NCBI RefSeq assembly: GCF_001194135.2
Contig: NC_068983.1
Coordinates: forward strand, 86,610,105-86,647,821
Length of the DNA stretch: 37,717 bases
Source of the DNA: Octopus bimaculoides
Lineage: Eukaryota
Direction: 5' to 3'
Shown here: positions 34,418 to 37,717 of the stretch, piece by piece
Numbering within the stretch: position 1 is the first letter of the stretch
How the letters are laid out: each line of letters opens with the position of its first letter
Notes under the pieces: generated by a model
What the model was told of the DNA's origin: nothing
The model's database searches: none
The model's input: only the letters and a program-made list of their open reading frames with translations
Translations under genes and position numbers: made by a program

Positions 34418-34974
34418 CATACATACATACATATATACATACATACATACATACATAAATATATACATATATACATGCCAAGTCAGATGCGAACACGCGC
34501 ATACACACACACACACACATACACACACACACACATACATACACACACACACATAGTGGAATGACGATAGAAAATAAATATTGACAAAGTTTATTTTTAA
34601 CAGATTTTTGTGGTTGTTTTAAGTTTAACTCTAATTCGATTGATTGACTTTTCCACTCCCCACATTGCTTTTGTTGACTGTTTTACTGTTGTTGTTGTCT
34701 CCCTTGATATGATTCTTCTTTTGTCAAGGGAGGCGAGGAAATGAAAAATTACCCAGATAAACTCCAAAGGTCGAGTCGTGCGCGAATGAAAAGATTGCTG
34801 TGTCTATACGACAGCCTTAATAGACACAAAAACAATAAAGATTCCTTCAGAGGCAAAATTAAGAAATGAAACGAGTGAGACATTAGGGTTCAACATTTAT
34901 TATTTCCTTAGAACAGGGGAGGGGATCGCAATGCGGGAACAGAGTCGGAATTAATTAAAGGGGAAGAGAGGAAA

Positions 34975-35190
34975 GAAGGTGGACAGAAACAGAGAGAGAG
35001 AGTGAATGAATGAAAGAGAGAGAGAGAGACAGACAGATAGTCAAAGAGAGAGACAGTCAAAGAGAGAGAGACAGTCAAAGAAAGAGTGTGTGAAAGAGAG
35101 AGAGTGAAAAAGAGAGAGAGTGAGTGAGTGAGAAAGTGAGTGTGTGAAAGTGTGAGAGTGAGTGAGTGAAAGAGAGAGAGAATGAATGAA

Positions 35191-35230
<40 letters not shown>

Positions 35231-35292
35231 TGAGGAAGTGAGAGAGTGAATGAGTGAAAGTCAGAGAGTGTATGAGTGAAAGAAAGTGAGAG
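34975..35292. repeat. GA-rich degenerate array (GAGA/GAGT/GAAT)
   Basis: Seen directly. Confidence 0.93.
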
Positions 35293-35598
35293 ANNNNNNN
35301 NNNNNNNNNNNNNNNNNNNNNNNNNNNNNNNNNNNNNNNNNNNNNNNNNNNNNNNNNNNNNNNNNNNNNNNNNNNNNNNNNNNNNNNNNNNNNNNNNNNN
35401 NNNNNNNNNNNNNNNNNNNNNNNNNNNNNNNNNNNNNNNNNNNNNNNNNNNNNNNNNNNNNNNNNNNNNNNNNNNNNNNNNNNNNNNNNNNNNNNNNNNN
35501 NNGAGGGAAAATAAGAAGAGATGAGAAAAGCAAGAAGTAGGAGGAGAGGTAGGAGGAGAGGTAGGAGGGGTGAAAGAAAGGAGATGTTGGCTAGACAG

Positions 35599-35873
35599 TA
35601 TTCTTTTATTCTTTTACTTGTTTCAGTCATTTGACTGCGGCCATGCTGGAGCACCAGCTTAAGTCGAACAAATCGACCCCAGGACTTATTCTTTGTAAGC
35701 CTAGTACTTATTCTATTGGTATTTTAGCCGAACTGCTATGTTACGGGGATGTAAATACAACATCGGTTGTCAAGCAATGGCGGGGGACAAGCACACACAC
35801 ACAAACATATGCACATGGATATATATATTCAACTGCGCAGAAGGTTGGACAAGTTTCTTCGACAACAGCCACG
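35599..35873 (-). mobile_element. SINE family B, 3' module plus a short head remnant (centre deleted)
   Basis: 35599-35790 is the reverse complement of 4625-4835. CGTGGCTGTTGTCGAAGAAACTTGTCCAACC at ~35843-35873 resembles the first 30 nt of the B head. Confidence 0.8.
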
Positions 35874-36473
35874 ATAGGACATGTATCTTCTGTGTAGAAC
35901 TTTCAGGCAGATATATAGGTATCTGATATGAGTGACATTGTCAATGTTGATCCATCACAAAGCTTGCATCGCTTGTTGTATCTGAGTGGTTTATATGCAC
36001 ACCTATCCTTTTTGTACATCAAGTAGTTTGTGACTATTTCCTGCTCTCGTATTGCAAAAACATGTCAGTGAAAGTGAGAGCTAATATCGTGGCGTTTTAT
36101 TTGGAGATAGACTGTTTTGGTTGTCGTTTTGAAACCTTCTCTGGAATACAATTATGCATGACCTTTTGCTGCTATCTATGCAGGTTATTTTCTGATGATC
36201 TGTTGCAGAAAAGTTGCACGAATTGGATGGATCGATGGAGGCATGCATTCATGTTTAAATTACATCATTCTTAGTGCTACGAGTAATGTGTAACCCAGTC
36301 GCATGGTCAGCCCTTTTGTGACTAAACCGGTAAACCTTCTAAGTCTGCTTGGTAAGGAGGATGTTGCTCGCTGGAGGCCCGGCAGAACGAAAAACAAAAC
36401 CAGTCAAAAGACCAATGGACTCAGTAGAGTCAACAGCCATCCAATAGCAGAAAGTGAGACTCCTTGTCTTTGC

Positions 36474-36527
36474 TTAGGGTTAGGGTTAGGGTTAGGGTTA
36501 GGGTTAGGGTTAGGGTTAGGGTTAGGG
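36474..36527 (+). repeat. Interstitial telomeric sequence (TTAGGG)9
   Basis: Nine perfect units counted, with non-telomeric sequence on both sides. TTAGGG is the ancestral metazoan and molluscan telomere repeat. Confidence 0.97.
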
Positions 36528-37221
36528 TTGAAATGATACTTACCTGATTACGAATCTGGAGATTTTGCATTTGCTTGTTTCTGCATTACTTGGTTTCGTA
36601 GGTAAGAGTCTTAACAGTATTGTGCCAGCTGTTATCAACTTTAAATTTCAGTGCGGGCATTGCTGACAGCCATTGCCTTTAACATCTTTGGATAAGATAA
36701 TTTGTTAGTGATAGTCGTTCTCATCTACGAGTTGACAGCCAACTTGTATGCATAATAGGAGGCTACAAATAAATGTATATTGGAGTGGAGAGGAAGAGGT
36801 TTGTACGTTACTGAGAAAATCATGGAAGTTGAAAGTGATCTTACTGGGTTTTCTATCCATAGCGAGATTGTCATTTACTATACGGCTGTCCAGAATACCT
36901 GTAACCAAAGACGTTCTTGTTCACAAAGGTATGAGGTATAAAATAAATTTAAAAAGATAAAAAATGAACGCCAACGATCAAATGGGGGAATGTGATATAT
37001 GTGTAGAGTGACAAAGTCTGATGACACTAAGGTGATATATTTGAAGAACCAGTTACTTTTAGCATTACATTTCGTTCAAACGTAGATATTTATAAAAGAA
37101 ACTATTGAACACGAGTCAAATAGTTAACATTTGAGGAGCATTAGATTATTTGAAGAGGAACAACGGTGAACAGTCAAGTAAATACTGCTGCTACGGCTAC
37201 TGCTACTCCCGCTGTTTGAGA

Positions 37222-37430
37222 TGTTGTTGTTTAACCTAGGTCAAACATATGACCAAATGCATTTTAATAACAACCATTCAGTTTTTTCAAGACGTACAAT
37301 ACTTCATTCATTCCCCGATATGACCTTCTCCTTTTTAAGACTTTAAGGGTGTCATTTAAAAGATATTTGCCTGCCATTTCTACCAGGTTAAGCGACTGAA
37401 CCGAGACTCTTTTCTCGTTGATTCGCATCG
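37222..37430 (-). repeat. Interspersed repeat end with (AAC)n tail; further copies at ~30030 and ~37695
   Basis: Related motif GTTTA(A/G)CC..(AGGTC) directly after GTT runs at 30030-30050, 37222-37242 and, partially, 37695-37712. Confidence 0.45.
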
Positions 37431-37544
37431 TTCGAAGGAAAATATTTACGGAGAAAGCATATTGGGCTCAAGTCACATCGTTGACATTTTTGCTCGATAC
37501 AAAGAGTGTTTGAAGAGGAATAGCTATTCGTGAAGTAAACAGTC

Positions 37545-37703
37545 ATTACTGTTGTTGCTGTTGTTGTTGTTGTTGTTATTGTTGCTGCTGCTGTTGTTGT
37601 TGTTGTTGTTGTTATTGTTGCTGCTGCTGTTGTTGTTGTTGTTGTTGCTGCTGCTGGTCCTGTTGCTGGTGCTGCTGCTGCTGCTGCTGTTGTTGTTGTT
37701 GTT
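37545..37703. repeat. (GTT)/(GCT) compound trinucleotide array with a ~33-bp higher-order unit
   Basis: (GTT)n-ATT-GTT-(GCT)3 occurs twice; seen directly. Confidence 0.94.
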
Positions 37704-37717
37704 TAGCCCCTGCTAAC

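Noticed and set aside
36474-36527. True chromosome end
   Set aside because: Only nine units, with about 1.2 kb of unique sequence continuing on the distal side.
36536-36546. U1 snRNA pseudogene
   Set aside because: The match to the U1 5' end is only 11 nt and stops before stem-loop I; it is better read as a minus-strand splice donor.
37545-37703. Polyglutamine coding tract on the minus strand
   Set aside because: The CAA/CAG frame is interrupted by TAA twice, and the tract behaves as a repeat tail or microsatellite.

Overview
Eukaryotic, AT-rich, repeat-saturated intronic or intergenic DNA from a draft assembly. About 5.5 kb is N, in 15 gaps, nearly all next to microsatellites. The SINE families, microsatellite load, Dong/R4 and Penelope remnants and TTAGGG repeat strongly resemble octopus genomic DNA; this is recognition, not a database result. 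There is no intact protein-coding gene, tRNA/rRNA gene or CRISPR array, and most listed ORFs are microsatellite or N-run artefacts. The real content is fossil transposons. DNA transposons: one full-length mariner, one truncated mariner, a DD37D (maT) fragment and an internally deleted hAT. Retroelements: four fragments of RLE-type non-LTR retrotransposons, a CR1/L2-like 3' end, two Penelope-like remnants with hammerhead ribozyme motifs, and more than a dozen tRNA-derived SINE copies or fragments from two families. There is also a (TTAGGG)9 interstitial telomeric array and a few unconfirmed candidate exons. I cannot demonstrate a new biological system. The best leads are opposite strand polarity of SINEs and Dong-like LINEs at shared (TAA)n arrays, an RLE lineage associated with (CATA)n, and the minimal hammerheads.
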